A DNA stretch of 64,000 bases from Candidatus Zhuqueibacterota bacterium (lineage in GTDB: Bacteria; Zhuqueibacterota; Zhuqueibacteria; Thermofontimicrobiales; Thermofontimicrobiaceae): contig JBMOPW010000002.1 of NCBI GenBank assembly GCA_049322915.1, positions 1 to 64,000 on the forward strand, read 5' to 3'. The notes under the pieces were generated by a model that was not told where the DNA came from, made no database searches, and saw nothing but the letters and a program-made list of their open reading frames with translations. This document shows, piece after piece, positions 19,844 through 30,179 of this stretch. Within the stretch, counting starts at the first letter, position 1. Each line of letters starts with the position of its first letter. Both the position numbers and the translations under genes were made by a program.

Positions 19844-22246
19844 TCATTTGAGCAAAAGGCATGATTCGATCCTGGTCCCCTCGATGGAGTTCAGGCGAAT
19901 GAAATAAATGCCGCTGGGAAGCGTGTTCCCTGCCGCATCGCGTGCATCCCACTGGCGCTGATGATTTCCGGCGTTGAGCGGTCCAGACCACAGCGTTGCC
20001 ATTCGTTGACCCATGACATTGAAAATTTCCAGTTGAACATCGCTTTGTTTTGAAATCGAAAATTGAATCGTAGTCGTCATATTGAACGGATTGGGATAGC
20101 TTTTATTCAAAGTAAAATTGAAGGTTGTTGACTGTTCGATGAGGACGTTCGTGGACGGGCTGGAAATAGCGCCGGTGAAAGGAACGTAATTGTGCGCAGT
20201 AACAGTCAGGTCGATTGTGGCTGACCTGGGCGCAGTGCTGACAGGAAGATCGATATTCCCGTTCGCGCCGGTGATTCCTGTCGAAAGTACTTCGCCGTTC
20301 GAAGAGAGAGCGACTCTGGCGCCGGCAACATCGGCGCTGATATGAACCGTCGCCGGAATGCTTTCAATCTCAGACGGATAGCTGATGGAGTTAAATGTGC
20401 TTACGGTGTTGGTCCACAGCGGCATCGCCGGATCGCCCAACACGTTGCAGCCATAAAAACACCAGCGCAATGCGCCGGGCTCCCATTGATTCGGCGCGGT
20501 GACAAAGGGCGCGGTTCGAAATCTGGAAGAGGCATGGGCTGCGCCGAGGGTGAAAATGCTGTCGCCGTAAATCGCCCCTATAAATTCGCGATTCAGATGA
20601 ATGCTCGGCCCTTCGGTCTGTCCTTCGTTGAACCAACCGTAGCGGGTATTGCCAATGTAGGCGGAGGCAAATTTCTCAATTTCCAGCATGGCTTCGGCAA
20701 TGCAATCACCCCCGCGAAACGTCTGCAAATCGAGAGCAGCGGAGTTGCAGCCGTGCGAGTAGACCACAGGATTCAAATGCTTTGCGCCGTCGCATGCCTG
20801 AAAATTTTCGTTGGTAATATCGGCTAACGATAAATTCATGTTGCCGTTCATGCTGGAATGGCCATCATGAAAAATGATGTTGCAGCCGCTATTGATCCGC
20901 TGCATGATATCGCCCCCATTCCACGGCCCCATCGTCTTTTCGTAGAGAAAAATATAGTCCAGATCAGCAGGCATGCCCACCGTGAAATAGCCATTGTCGT
21001 CGTGATTCCCGATCAGCAGATTGAGGTAATCAGAACCGTAGCTCAGTGGATTATCCCACAGTTTTTCTCCGGCCATGAGCATTCGTCTCGAATCGCTCAC
21101 AACCGGACGCGAAACATAATTGAAAATCTTGTTGAGATACGCGGCAATCTCATCAGCGGTATCGGCGCAGATCCGTCCGACAGCTATTTCCGGCAGCAAA
21201 TCGTCCTCGCCTGGCTCGCCCCACGCATCATCGCCGTCCGTATTCCAGTTACCGTCCAGGGCGCTGTAATACAGATCAGTCGGGATGTCCTCCGAAACAA
21301 TACTCCCGCCGGACAGCACTTCGCAGTAAAATTTACGGATAGGAACCTGCAGCAGGATGTCATCGGCCATATCGGCGTCGCCGGCCAACAGCACGCAGGA
21401 AATTCCGGAAGTCGCGATTTGCTGGATGATGTAATTGCGGATTTTTTCCTGTTCATCCGCGCCTGCGATGGATTTGTAAATCTCTTCCACAGCGGTTGCC
21501 CGCGTTCGAATGCCACGTTGATTGTAGAAGGTCACCAGGCTCTGGTAGTTCGTGAGGAAATCTTTTCGGGTGATGATCAGATAATCGTACACCGGCTCAA
21601 AAACAGGACTCGAATACAATCGGCGACTGTGATTGAAATTATCCACCCGCTTTGAAAGGGCGTTTTGCGCAAAGGGGGTTAAAGGGAATCGATTCAAGGC
21701 CTGCTCGGCGCGGGAGTCCGGCGCTGTTTCGATCACGACGTCCGCTTCTGAAAAGTAAGAAACAGAGCCGCTGGCTGGAATATATTCGACCGGACAGAAG
21801 AAAGCGAGCGCAACACTATGGCCGTGGAAAAAGTGCGTCTCCACGCTCGGTGAGGGAATCGCGTAAATCTCCTGGCTCAGATAGACGGCGCTGTTCAGGT
21901 GCTGATCCGCGTCGGGGACCATCTCAGTCCGCGGGTATTGCCGCGGCGACAGGGTCACCGCCTCCGCCAGTTTCAGCCTGCCGCGAAAATGCACTTCGAT
22001 GGAGCGGGCTGAATGTCCCGGCGGGAGCAGAAGTCGTACCGGGATGTGCGGCAGCGTTGGCTCGCCAATCTTCCCCATCTGGTAGCTGTCGGCCAGGCTG
22101 AGCAGCGTGAAGCCATCGGATTGGGCGATCAATTTCGGCGCAGCGATGGAGTAGCGGTGTATGATGGTGGCTGCCATCGAATGGGAGGAAACCACCGTGA
22201 GCGTGACAAGCAAAAGGAAGATGCGAGAAAATTGGCGTGCGTGCAT
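19844..22246 (-). CDS. Peptidase C25 (gingipain-like) with propeptide and T9SS-type CTD
   Basis: Propeptide GEPTLP; YLIIT, LLAGD, TDLYYSALDG, VGRI; His (HDGHS) and Cys (SHGC) dyad; CTD YPNPFN...PSGIYF. Confidence 0.9.
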   Translation of the reverse strand: MHARQFSRIFLLLVTLTVVSSHSMAATIIHRYSIAAPKLIAQSDGFTLLSLADSYQMGKIGEPTLPHIPVRLLLPPGHSARSIEVHFRGRLKLAEAVTLSPRQYPRTEMVPDADQHLNSAVYLSQEIYAIPSPSVETHFFHGHSVALAFFCPVEYIPASGSVSYFSEADVVIETAPDSRAEQALNRFPLTPFAQNALSKRVDNFNHSRRLYSSPVFEPVYDYLIITRKDFLTNYQSLVTFYNQRGIRTRATAVEEIYKSIAGADEQEKIRNYIIQQIATSGISCVLLAGDADMADDILLQVPIRKFYCEVLSGGSIVSEDIPTDLYYSALDGNWNTDGDDAWGEPGEDDLLPEIAVGRICADTADEIAAYLNKIFNYVSRPVVSDSRRMLMAGEKLWDNPLSYGSDYLNLLIGNHDDNGYFTVGMPADLDYIFLYEKTMGPWNGGDIMQRINSGCNIIFHDGHSSMNGNMNLSLADITNENFQACDGAKHLNPVVYSHGCNSAALDLQTFRGGDCIAEAMLEIEKFASAYIGNTRYGWFNEGQTEGPSIHLNREFIGAIYGDSIFTLGAAHASSRFRTAPFVTAPNQWEPGALRWCFYGCNVLGDPAMPLWTNTVSTFNSISYPSEIESIPATVHISADVAGARVALSSNGEVLSTGITGANGNIDLPVSTAPRSATIDLTVTAHNYVPFTGAISSPSTNVLIEQSTTFNFTLNKSYPNPFNMTTTIQFSISKQSDVQLEIFNVMGQRMATLWSGPLNAGNHQRQWDARDAAGNTLPSGIYFIRLNSIEGTRIESCLLLK

Positions 22247-22555
22247 GAAAGCCTCCGGGTTGGTCAGAGATTAGAGATGAATTTTTCAGGTGCTAATGTT
22301 CAGACATGCCAGGGATTTAAAATTTTCAGCCATGCTCCAAAATCGGTTTTAAATATAATAGTCATAAAAGTCAGAAGCAAGGATTTTCATCGCCGGGGCG
22401 CATTTTATTCTGTGCGACAGTACCGATAAAGATTATCGGGTTTTTGTCGATTTCTATTGAAGAATCCATCATGCCAGTCGTTCTCAAAGATGCGGAAAAG
22501 CGTCGCTTTTTCTCCGGATTGAATTGAGTTCAAAATCAAAGAAGGATGACAAACA

Positions 22556-23023
22556 TTGAACAAGGCAGCTATCTCAGAGCGTCGTAAGCATGTCAGCGAT
22601 CGCCGGCAACAACCGACGCATTTTTTAAATCGGCACACGTTGACCGGCAAACGAGCGTACCAGCGCCGGGCTGAAAATCGGCAGACGAACCACTATGTCG
22701 ATCGTTACGGCCTTAAATCCCTGGCTGTCTTTGCCATCACGCTGCTGCTGTGCGCGCTGGACGCCCGAATTACCCTGGTGCTGCTGTCCCGCGGCGCAAC
22801 AGAGTTGAATCCATTCCTTGTTTTCGCGCTGAAACTGGGGCCAACCTGGTTTCTGCTCATCAAGTATACGATCACCGGGCTCTGTCTGTTGGCGCTGTTG
22901 GTGCACAAAAATTTCGTTGTGTTCAACTACCGACTTCCGGTGAAGCGGATTCTCTTTCTGGTGCTTTTTGGTTATAGTCTATTGATTCTGTACGAGGTGT
23001 GGTTGCTGGTATCAATAAAATAA
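22556..23023 (+). CDS. DUF5658-like membrane protein
   Basis: N-terminal ERR/DRR motifs; LCALDARIT...GATELNPF and three TM helices. Confidence 0.7.
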   Translation: MNKAAISERRKHVSDRRQQPTHFLNRHTLTGKRAYQRRAENRQTNHYVDRYGLKSLAVFAITLLLCALDARITLVLLSRGATELNPFLVFALKLGPTWFLLIKYTITGLCLLALLVHKNFVVFNYRLPVKRILFLVLFGYSLLILYEVWLLVSIK

Positions 23024-23055
23024 GCCGACATCCATAAGGGGAGATGCCGGCTTTT
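23022..23055. terminator. Bidirectional terminator
   Basis: Stem AAGCCGACATC / GATGCCGGCTT with T-runs on both strands. Confidence 0.7.
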
Positions 23056-23252
23056 GAGGGATATGAGCAAGATATTTTATGACATCAGTTGGTATTCAGA
23101 AACCATCCCATCATGCCGTTGATTGTGCCCAACCGTTATCGTATCCATTTCCGTCCAACAAGGCTTCGTCTTTCATTCGTCGTCGTCGTTTAAGAACGGC
23201 GTTAATGGGAGTTTCCTGTTTTTCTGTTTCATCCTGTTTTCACTCTTATTTT

Positions 23253-23268
23253 AGCAATTTGCATGCCA
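23253..23268 (-). promoter_or_regulatory. Sigma54-type -24/-12 promoter
   Basis: Minus strand TGGCATGCAAATTGCT: GG-N10-GC, close to the TGGCAC-N5-TTGCW consensus. Confidence 0.6.
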
Positions 23269-23994
23269 TTTCAGGACCGAAAAATTTACTGTTTAATTTT
23301 CAATGAATTAGATGCAAGCGTTCATCTGCTGAAGCCATAGTCCCCAGTGTCTGAAACCAAATTGAATTTCGTCCTTGAAATTTGAATTACATTTTTGTCC
23401 TTCAAAATTTTAGTTGTAACTTTCCGGAATTTTACGTAAAATAGGCATGTTTCAACACATTTACAACGAAAGCCATTCTGGCCGCTATCCTGAACAACAT
23501 CCAGTCTTTGCATTCAGTCATTGAGCGTGTTTACTGAGTAATATTCAAAACATCCCGGTGCGTCTCCCTGTGTGCTGCGCCGTCATGGCGCCGCTGTCCG
23601 GCGGATTCCATGGGCGCTGCATTTTTTGCCATTTTCAGTTGATGATGCACTTTACCGTTGCGCCAACTCCTGTCCCTGAAATCTTCGGACAGATCACGTG
23701 GGCGCAACATCTCCGTTGACGATGGGATTGAAAATTGTCCTGCTGAACCATTTAAATTTTTTACATGAGATGCGTGTCTGAGTCATTTCCAGAACCGATT
23801 GAACAGGGCGTCAATCGCGTCGTGTGTGGATGAATCAGCAGTCGCAGAACGATCGATTCCACGATCTGCAGCAAACGGATAGCGTTTATACTGAAACCAT
23901 CATCGAGCCCGTACCGCCGCGATTTCCAGAGGCGGCAAAACATGATTCAGCACACTGTATGGCAATCACCGGGTCGCCGGTAACATTCAGCCAG

Positions 23995-24164
23995 TTTAGC
24001 CTGCATTATTCATAGTATATGTAAAGGAGGCTGGCTAACCTGAATGGTGCACTTTTTAGAATAAACGTATAAAAACTGAGTTTCAAAATAGCTTAGCCTT
24101 TAGCTAATTGAAAATCTGAATGTTGACTCAAATTCTGAGCAAGTTCATGAATAATTCAGGTTAG
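23995..24164. mobile_element. MITE-like element, copy 2 (inverted relative to 4696-4865), abutting the selA RBS
   Basis: CTAACCTGAAT...ATTCAGGTTAG; 125 of 130 core positions identical to copy 1. Confidence 0.8.
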
Positions 24165-24176
24165 AAAGGATTCCCT

Positions 24177-25610
24177 TTGAAAAAAGAACCGAAAAAATTT
24201 CTGCAAACTGTGTTAGCGCGAATCCCTCAGGTGGATAAAATGCTTCAGACAGAGCGCATGCAGCATCTGCTCCAGGAATTTCCCCGGGACCTGGTCATCG
24301 AAAAAATTCGCGGCGCCTTGAAAATCTATCGGAGTGAAATTTCAAAAATGGATGAGGCTGAACTGGAAAAGCTTCAGATTCATTCAAAAGACATTGTCGA
24401 TTCCATTGCGGAGAAAATATCCTTCAGCCTGCGGCCGAAACTGCGGCGCGTGATCAATGCCAGTGGCATTGTACTAAACACAGGGCTCGGGCGAGCGCCG
24501 TTGAGTTATCAGGCGCAGCAAGCGCTCATGGACGTGACGCATGGTTATTCCTCAGTGGAAATCGATCTGGAATCCGGCAAGCGGGGGAGTCGCCATGATC
24601 TGGTTCAGGAATTGCTGGTGAGCCTCACCGGCGCTGAAGCCGCTGCCGTGGTGAACAACAATGCGGCAGCGACCCTGTTGACGCTGAATACGCTGTCCAA
24701 TGGCAGACAGGCCATTGTCTCGCGGGGAGAGTTGGTCACAATCGGGGGCTCGTTCCGCATCCCGGACATCATGAAGAAGAGCGGGGCGATTATGACGGAG
24801 ATTGGCACCACGAACAAGACTGAATTCTGGGAATACGAGGACGCCATCAACGAGAATACCGGGCTGCTGATGAAGGTGCATACGAGCAATTACCGAATCA
24901 TCGGTTTTGTCTCGGATGTTCCGATTGAACAATTGGTGCTTCTGGGGAAAAAATACAAAATCCCGGTGGTGCATGATCTGGGCAGTGGCATGTTGTTCGA
25001 TCTGTCCAAATATGGTCTGCCAAAAGAGCCGGTTGTGGGCGAGAGCATCAAAGCCGGGGCCGATGTCGTCACGTTCAGCGGGGACAAATTGCTGGGCGGG
25101 CCACAGGCTGGCATCATTGTCGGGAAGAAAAAGTACATTGATCAGATTAAAAAGAACCAACTTGCGCGGGCGGTTCGCTGTGGGAAATTGACGTTCGCCG
25201 CGCTGGAAGCGACCCTGCGTCTGTTTCTGGATAAAAAGAAATTGGAGCAGTTCCATCCGGTCATCCGGATGTTGATGAAAGACGAGACCGAGGTTCAGGC
25301 CGACGCCCTGTCGCTTCAGACAGAAATTGCGATGGTGCTGGGCGAGCGCGGAGAGGCTGTCCTCAAAAAGGGGCTCTCTGAAGTCGGCGGCGGGTCCCTG
25401 GCGACGGAATCGCTCCCGACATGGCTCGTTTACGTCACGCTGCGCCCGTTCACATCAGAAGAATTGGGCCGCAGACTGCGCCTGAGTGAACCGGCCATTA
25501 CGACCCGCATTATCAATGACTGCGTTGCATTCGATGTGAGGACGCTGCTCGGGAATGAGATACCATTAATCGTCCAGGCGATTGCCAGGATATTGCAGGA
25601 GAGCGAATGA
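24177..25610 (+). CDS. selA: L-seryl-tRNA(Sec) selenium transferase
   Basis: RVINASGIVLNTGLGRAPL, VNNNAAA, SRGELV.IGGSFRIPD, FSGDKLLGGPQAG (PLP Lys). Confidence 0.97.
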   Translation: MKKEPKKFLQTVLARIPQVDKMLQTERMQHLLQEFPRDLVIEKIRGALKIYRSEISKMDEAELEKLQIHSKDIVDSIAEKISFSLRPKLRRVINASGIVLNTGLGRAPLSYQAQQALMDVTHGYSSVEIDLESGKRGSRHDLVQELLVSLTGAEAAAVVNNNAAATLLTLNTLSNGRQAIVSRGELVTIGGSFRIPDIMKKSGAIMTEIGTTNKTEFWEYEDAINENTGLLMKVHTSNYRIIGFVSDVPIEQLVLLGKKYKIPVVHDLGSGMLFDLSKYGLPKEPVVGESIKAGADVVTFSGDKLLGGPQAGIIVGKKKYIDQIKKNQLARAVRCGKLTFAALEATLRLFLDKKKLEQFHPVIRMLMKDETEVQADALSLQTEIAMVLGERGEAVLKKGLSEVGGGSLATESLPTWLVYVTLRPFTSEELGRRLRLSEPAITTRIINDCVAFDVRTLLGNEIPLIVQAIARILQESE

Positions 25611-27535
25611 ATCAGATAAACAAGAAACGGCATTTTGTCATTGGCACTGCCGGCCATATCGATCACGGGAAAACGTCGCTGGTGAAAAATCTCACCGGCA
25701 CCGACACCGATTGGCTGCGGGAGGAAAAAGAGCGGGGCATGACCATCGATCTCGGTTTTGCATTTCTGGGCGACGACGTCACCATCATTGACGTGCCCGG
25801 TCACGAAAAGTTTGTCCGGAACATGGTGGCTGGCGTCAGCACCATTGACCTGGTCTTGTTCGTCATTGCTGCGGACGATGGCGTGATGCCGCAAACCAGG
25901 GAACATCTGGATATTTTAAAATTGCTCCAGATTAAACAGGGCATTCTGGTCATCACCAAAATCGATCTGGTCGAGCGCGATTGGCTGGAGCTCGTCATCG
26001 AAGAGATCAAAGAATTTGTCAAAGATACCTTCCTGAAAGATGCGCCGATCGTCCCGATTTCCAATCAGAGCGGTGAAGGGATCGAAACCCTGAAGGAGAT
26101 CATCAACGCTGCTGTGGCCGGCAAAGAAGAGCGACAGGACAAAGGTGTTTTCCGGATGCCCATCGATCGGGTGTTCACGATGAAAGGATTTGGGACCGTG
26201 GTCGCCGGCACTGTCCTCTCCGGCACCCTGAAAATGGACCAGATGGTGGAACTGTTGCCTCAGAACGCGAAGCTGCGCGTTCGGCGATTGGAGATTCATG
26301 AGAACACCGTGAATCAGGTGAAAATCGGCGATCGGGCTGCCATCAATCTGGCCAATATCGAGAAAGAAGCGGTAACCCGCGGCGATGTGCTGGCAGAGCC
26401 GGCCATGTTTCAGTCGACCCGCTTTTTCGATGGCAAATTTTATCTGCTGGAAAGCGCTTCCCGCAATCTGAAAAACACAGCGCGAATCCGACTGAATATC
26501 GGCACTGCCGAAGTCATCGGTCGCGTCAGCATACTGGACAGCGAAGAGGTGAAGCGCGGCGAGTCCGTCTACATTCAATTTCGTTTGGAGAGTCCCATCG
26601 TTGCGGATGTGGGGGACAGGTTTGTCGTGCGCTCGTATTCCCCGGTCTACACGATTGGCGGAGGCGTGGTGCTGGACGTGAAACCCAAGCGCCACAAGCG
26701 TTTCTCCGAGGACGTGCTGAAAACAATCAATGTTCTGGAGAGCGGCGATCCTGAGAACATTATTGACCAGAATCTGCTGAGTAACAAGTTCACGGCAGTC
26801 ACTGCCAAGGATCTGGTTCAGCAATCCTCGCTGAGCGCTGAGCGCGTTGATGTGGCTCTGGAATCCCTGTGTAAAACAAATCGTTGCTATCGCTATCAGG
26901 AAAAGGGACAGACCTTTTTCCTGCACTCGACTTACCACGATCGGCTGAGTGAGAAGATACTGAACTCGTTGAGCGAATATCACGAGAAAAATCCCAATCG
27001 CAAGGGCATCTCCCGCACCGATTTGAAAGTGCTCATCGACATTCCCGTCGATGTCCTTCTGTTCAATAAAATTCTGGACGAACTGGTGAGCGGGCAGAAA
27101 ATCACCATCGCCGAAAATCGGGTGGCTGCGGCCAGTCACAAATTAGTCGTGTCGGAGAAGCAGCAGAAGGCCATGGATAGAATTTCGGCGATATATTTCG
27201 AAGAAAATTTTACCACGTCGAGTCCCGCCCAGATTGCTGAAAAGACCGGTCTTTCGAAGGAGGACGTGAGCGAACTGGTGGACATTTTAATCGAGACCGG
27301 CATGCTGCGGCGCGTGGAGGAAGAGATCATTTTTCATTCGCGCCGGGTGATGGAGGGAATACAAATTATCAGGAAGCATTTTGAAACGAATACCCAACTC
27401 ACGGTCGGGGACTTTCGGCAGATGCTGAATTCGAGCCGGAAGTATGTTGTTCCGTTGCTCAATTTTTATGACGCGATTGGATTGACAGTCCGACAGCAGG
27501 ATGTTCGCGCAATCAATCCGGATTTTAAAGGGTGA
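25607..27535 (+). CDS. selB: Selenocysteine-specific elongation factor
   Basis: IGTAGHIDHGKT, EEKERGMTIDLGFA, DVPGHEKF; C-terminal winged helix SSRKYVVPLL; ATGA overlap with selA. Confidence 0.97.
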   Translation: MNQINKKRHFVIGTAGHIDHGKTSLVKNLTGTDTDWLREEKERGMTIDLGFAFLGDDVTIIDVPGHEKFVRNMVAGVSTIDLVLFVIAADDGVMPQTREHLDILKLLQIKQGILVITKIDLVERDWLELVIEEIKEFVKDTFLKDAPIVPISNQSGEGIETLKEIINAAVAGKEERQDKGVFRMPIDRVFTMKGFGTVVAGTVLSGTLKMDQMVELLPQNAKLRVRRLEIHENTVNQVKIGDRAAINLANIEKEAVTRGDVLAEPAMFQSTRFFDGKFYLLESASRNLKNTARIRLNIGTAEVIGRVSILDSEEVKRGESVYIQFRLESPIVADVGDRFVVRSYSPVYTIGGGVVLDVKPKRHKRFSEDVLKTINVLESGDPENIIDQNLLSNKFTAVTAKDLVQQSSLSAERVDVALESLCKTNRCYRYQEKGQTFFLHSTYHDRLSEKILNSLSEYHEKNPNRKGISRTDLKVLIDIPVDVLLFNKILDELVSGQKITIAENRVAAASHKLVVSEKQQKAMDRISAIYFEENFTTSSPAQIAEKTGLSKEDVSELVDILIETGMLRRVEEEIIFHSRRVMEGIQIIRKHFETNTQLTVGDFRQMLNSSRKYVVPLLNFYDAIGLTVRQQDVRAINPDFKG

Positions 27536-27627
27536 TTGTCCTGTGCAACCTCTGCGACACGCTCCGGCAAAGGCGACCCCTGATCCTGTCCGTGTGCCTC
27601 AAAGGCTGCCGGCATTTGCGGTTCAAT

Positions 27628-29919
27628 TCAATTGAGACTCATTGCGCTGGCGCGATCCGTTCTCTTCTGAGAAGAAAAAAACATCACGGCTGAGACTGCG
27701 TTCAATCCGCAGAAGAACAGGCAGATCCAGCCCAGGCCGAACAGCGGCACGAGAAACGCGCTGGTGATGAACGCGCCAAACACCGAGCCGGTCAGGTCCA
27801 ATGCGTAAAGCGCGCCACCCGTCCTTTCGATTCTTTCGCCCTCCCGATGAATAAGATGATTCGCTACTGGAAATTGAAATCCACCGATAAATCCAATGCC
27901 GACAATCAGCGCCAGAAAGATCAACTGGAACAGCCAGTCGGGAATCGCGTTGCGCGCTAACCACGTGAAAATTCCGAAGGTGAGCAGCGGATAGCCGGCA
28001 AGCGCCACCTGAAACCTGAGAAAAGTCCCTGCTGTGGCGCTGGCGCGGCGGATTTTTGACAACGCGGCAAGACTGCCCAGCGTGAGACCGATCATATAGC
28101 CGCTCATGATCAGCGCCAGTTGGTAAAAGGCGTAACCGTACATGGCCTGAAATCCGAGGATGATGACGACTTCCAAAGAAATGGCGGTGAAACCGACGAC
28201 GACCATTGTGGTGTTGATGGCCAGCCGGCTCAATGGCCTCGTCTTGTGCAATTTTATAGCTATCCCCAGTGCGAGCAGCAGCGCCATGAACATCAGCGCC
28301 AGCAATACCCCGGGATGAATTTGATGGAGATGATGCGCGTGTCGCGCCGCAGCGTCGGAAAAAGAGGATAGCCACAACGCGATGCTGTTGAAATAACCGA
28401 TGGGGTGGAAGTCCGTATTGGCGGCTGGAACTACCGCGTCCCTGACTTGTTGGGCGATGTATTCGAGTCGGCCCGGGGACATTCGGAATGGGATAAAATA
28501 TTCGCGCACATACTGCGTGGGAAGCCGGCGCTCGCTGATCCGCCTGATCAGCGCCTGCGGGTCTCTTTCAATGACGTTCGGCGCGTTGCAGGCGATGAAT
28601 TGGACGGTATTCCCCGGGATGAGAAAAATGTCCGGGAAAACCTGGTTCAGCGTATGGAACAGGCCGTTCAAAACATCCCGCTGACTCTGGCTCAGCACAT
28701 TTTCTGAGGATGTAATGGAAAAGCTAATCATGCCGGTTTCCGTCAGTCGCTTGTTCGCAGCGATGAAGAACTCACGCGTGTAAAATCGATTGATCAGCGT
28801 GGTTTGCGGATCCGGCAGATCGACAATGATCACGTCGTACCTGGCAGGCGTGCGCTGGATGAATTTTCGGCCATCGGCGAAAATCACCCGGATTTTTTCA
28901 TTCGCCATCAGTTTCCCAACGGACGGGATATGCTTTCTGGCGAGGTCGAAGAGCGCCGGGTCCAGCATCACAAAATCCAGTCTCTCCACAGTGGAATGAT
29001 GGAGTATCTGCTCCAGCGATCCGGCAACGCTGCCGCCGATGAGCAGCACGCTCTTTGGCGTCGGGTGCTCCAGCAGCGCGTAATGAACCGACTCCTCCGC
29101 GCGCATTTCATCCGGATGAGAAAAAATGAGCATTCCGTTTTCATAAAAGCTGAGGCTATTTCCCAGTTTTGTGACAGCAATGTCGCCGTAGATGGTGGTT
29201 CTGGTCTCGATGAGTTCCAACGGGCGCCACTGTCTTGAACTCAAATAAAAATCCAGACGCGGTGTGAACATAGCGAAGGTCGCTGCGAGGAGCAGCAGAA
29301 GCGGAACAACGAACCGAATGTATTTTTTTTGAAGCGGCTGAAACAGCAGCGCCGCGACAACCAGATTTAAAAAACTGAGCAGGGCTAAAATTTCAAAATT
29401 TGACAGGCAGCGGAAGAAGAAAATGCCGGCCACGAAGCCGGCAATGCCGGCGCCGATGGATTCCCAGAAAAATACCCGGCCGGGAATTTCTCCCGCATGC
29501 GGCCTGGACAGTGCAAAGAGCCTGCAGCCGAGAGGGTAGATGAAGCCGAACAAAATGCAGACCGGCGCCAGCGCGATGAGTGGGATCAGCACGATGAACA
29601 GCGGACTGGTAATTTCTCCCGCGGGCTGGGATAGCAGGTTTTTGCTCAATCGAACGGCGATGCCGGACAGCGGCAACAGCAGCGCAATGGAAATTTGGCT
29701 GATGAGGAGCATGCGCCGGGGATGGTGTATCGTCTGAAGTATTTTGCCGAAGACTCCGCTGCCCACGGCCGTCCATAGCAGCCAGATGGCCAGCATGATC
29801 CCCAGCGTCAGTTCATTTCCGGTGAACAGGATCACCAGTTCCCGCATCAGCACGGCCTGTCCGACCAGCGATGAAAATCCCAGCGTTACAATAGCGGTGA
29901 CGAGGAGTTTATGATTCAT
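27628..29919 (-). CDS. Membrane-fused spermidine-synthase-like protein
   Basis: TM bundles at both ends flanking a SAM/dcSAM-binding domain (VLLIGG, DGRKFI, YDVIIVDLPDP, NRFYTREFF). Confidence 0.85.
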   Translation of the reverse strand: MNHKLLVTAIVTLGFSSLVGQAVLMRELVILFTGNELTLGIMLAIWLLWTAVGSGVFGKILQTIHHPRRMLLISQISIALLLPLSGIAVRLSKNLLSQPAGEITSPLFIVLIPLIALAPVCILFGFIYPLGCRLFALSRPHAGEIPGRVFFWESIGAGIAGFVAGIFFFRCLSNFEILALLSFLNLVVAALLFQPLQKKYIRFVVPLLLLLAATFAMFTPRLDFYLSSRQWRPLELIETRTTIYGDIAVTKLGNSLSFYENGMLIFSHPDEMRAEESVHYALLEHPTPKSVLLIGGSVAGSLEQILHHSTVERLDFVMLDPALFDLARKHIPSVGKLMANEKIRVIFADGRKFIQRTPARYDVIIVDLPDPQTTLINRFYTREFFIAANKRLTETGMISFSITSSENVLSQSQRDVLNGLFHTLNQVFPDIFLIPGNTVQFIACNAPNVIERDPQALIRRISERRLPTQYVREYFIPFRMSPGRLEYIAQQVRDAVVPAANTDFHPIGYFNSIALWLSSFSDAAARHAHHLHQIHPGVLLALMFMALLLALGIAIKLHKTRPLSRLAINTTMVVVGFTAISLEVVIILGFQAMYGYAFYQLALIMSGYMIGLTLGSLAALSKIRRASATAGTFLRFQVALAGYPLLTFGIFTWLARNAIPDWLFQLIFLALIVGIGFIGGFQFPVANHLIHREGERIERTGGALYALDLTGSVFGAFITSAFLVPLFGLGWICLFFCGLNAVSAVMFFSSQKRTDRASAMSLN

Positions 29920-30179
29920 GATAAACGCCATGTTGTGAAAGAAACTGATTCTTACGAATTTTTGGTAGTCATGAACTCGGGCCAATGAAAATAGCCAATT
30001 GGCATGAAAAAATCAAGTTTATAATGTGATTTTTTAATTGACTTTATGGATAATTTTTTTAAATTTATCTGGTAGCTGGTGTCGATCGAAGTGAAAAGCC
30101 TGAGAAGCACTGAGTGTCGCATGATGCGGAACAGCCAGGCGGTGTGCAATAGAAGAAATTGATAGGAGGAGGAAATAAT

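Noticed and set aside
23173..23175. Selenocysteine readthrough of the first micro-ORF
   Set aside because: No convincing SECIS-like hairpin after the UGA and no recognisable selenoprotein motif
25916..27139. 407-aa antisense ORF and similar shadow ORFs across the window
   Set aside because: Fully opposite well-supported genes such as selB; explained by codon bias
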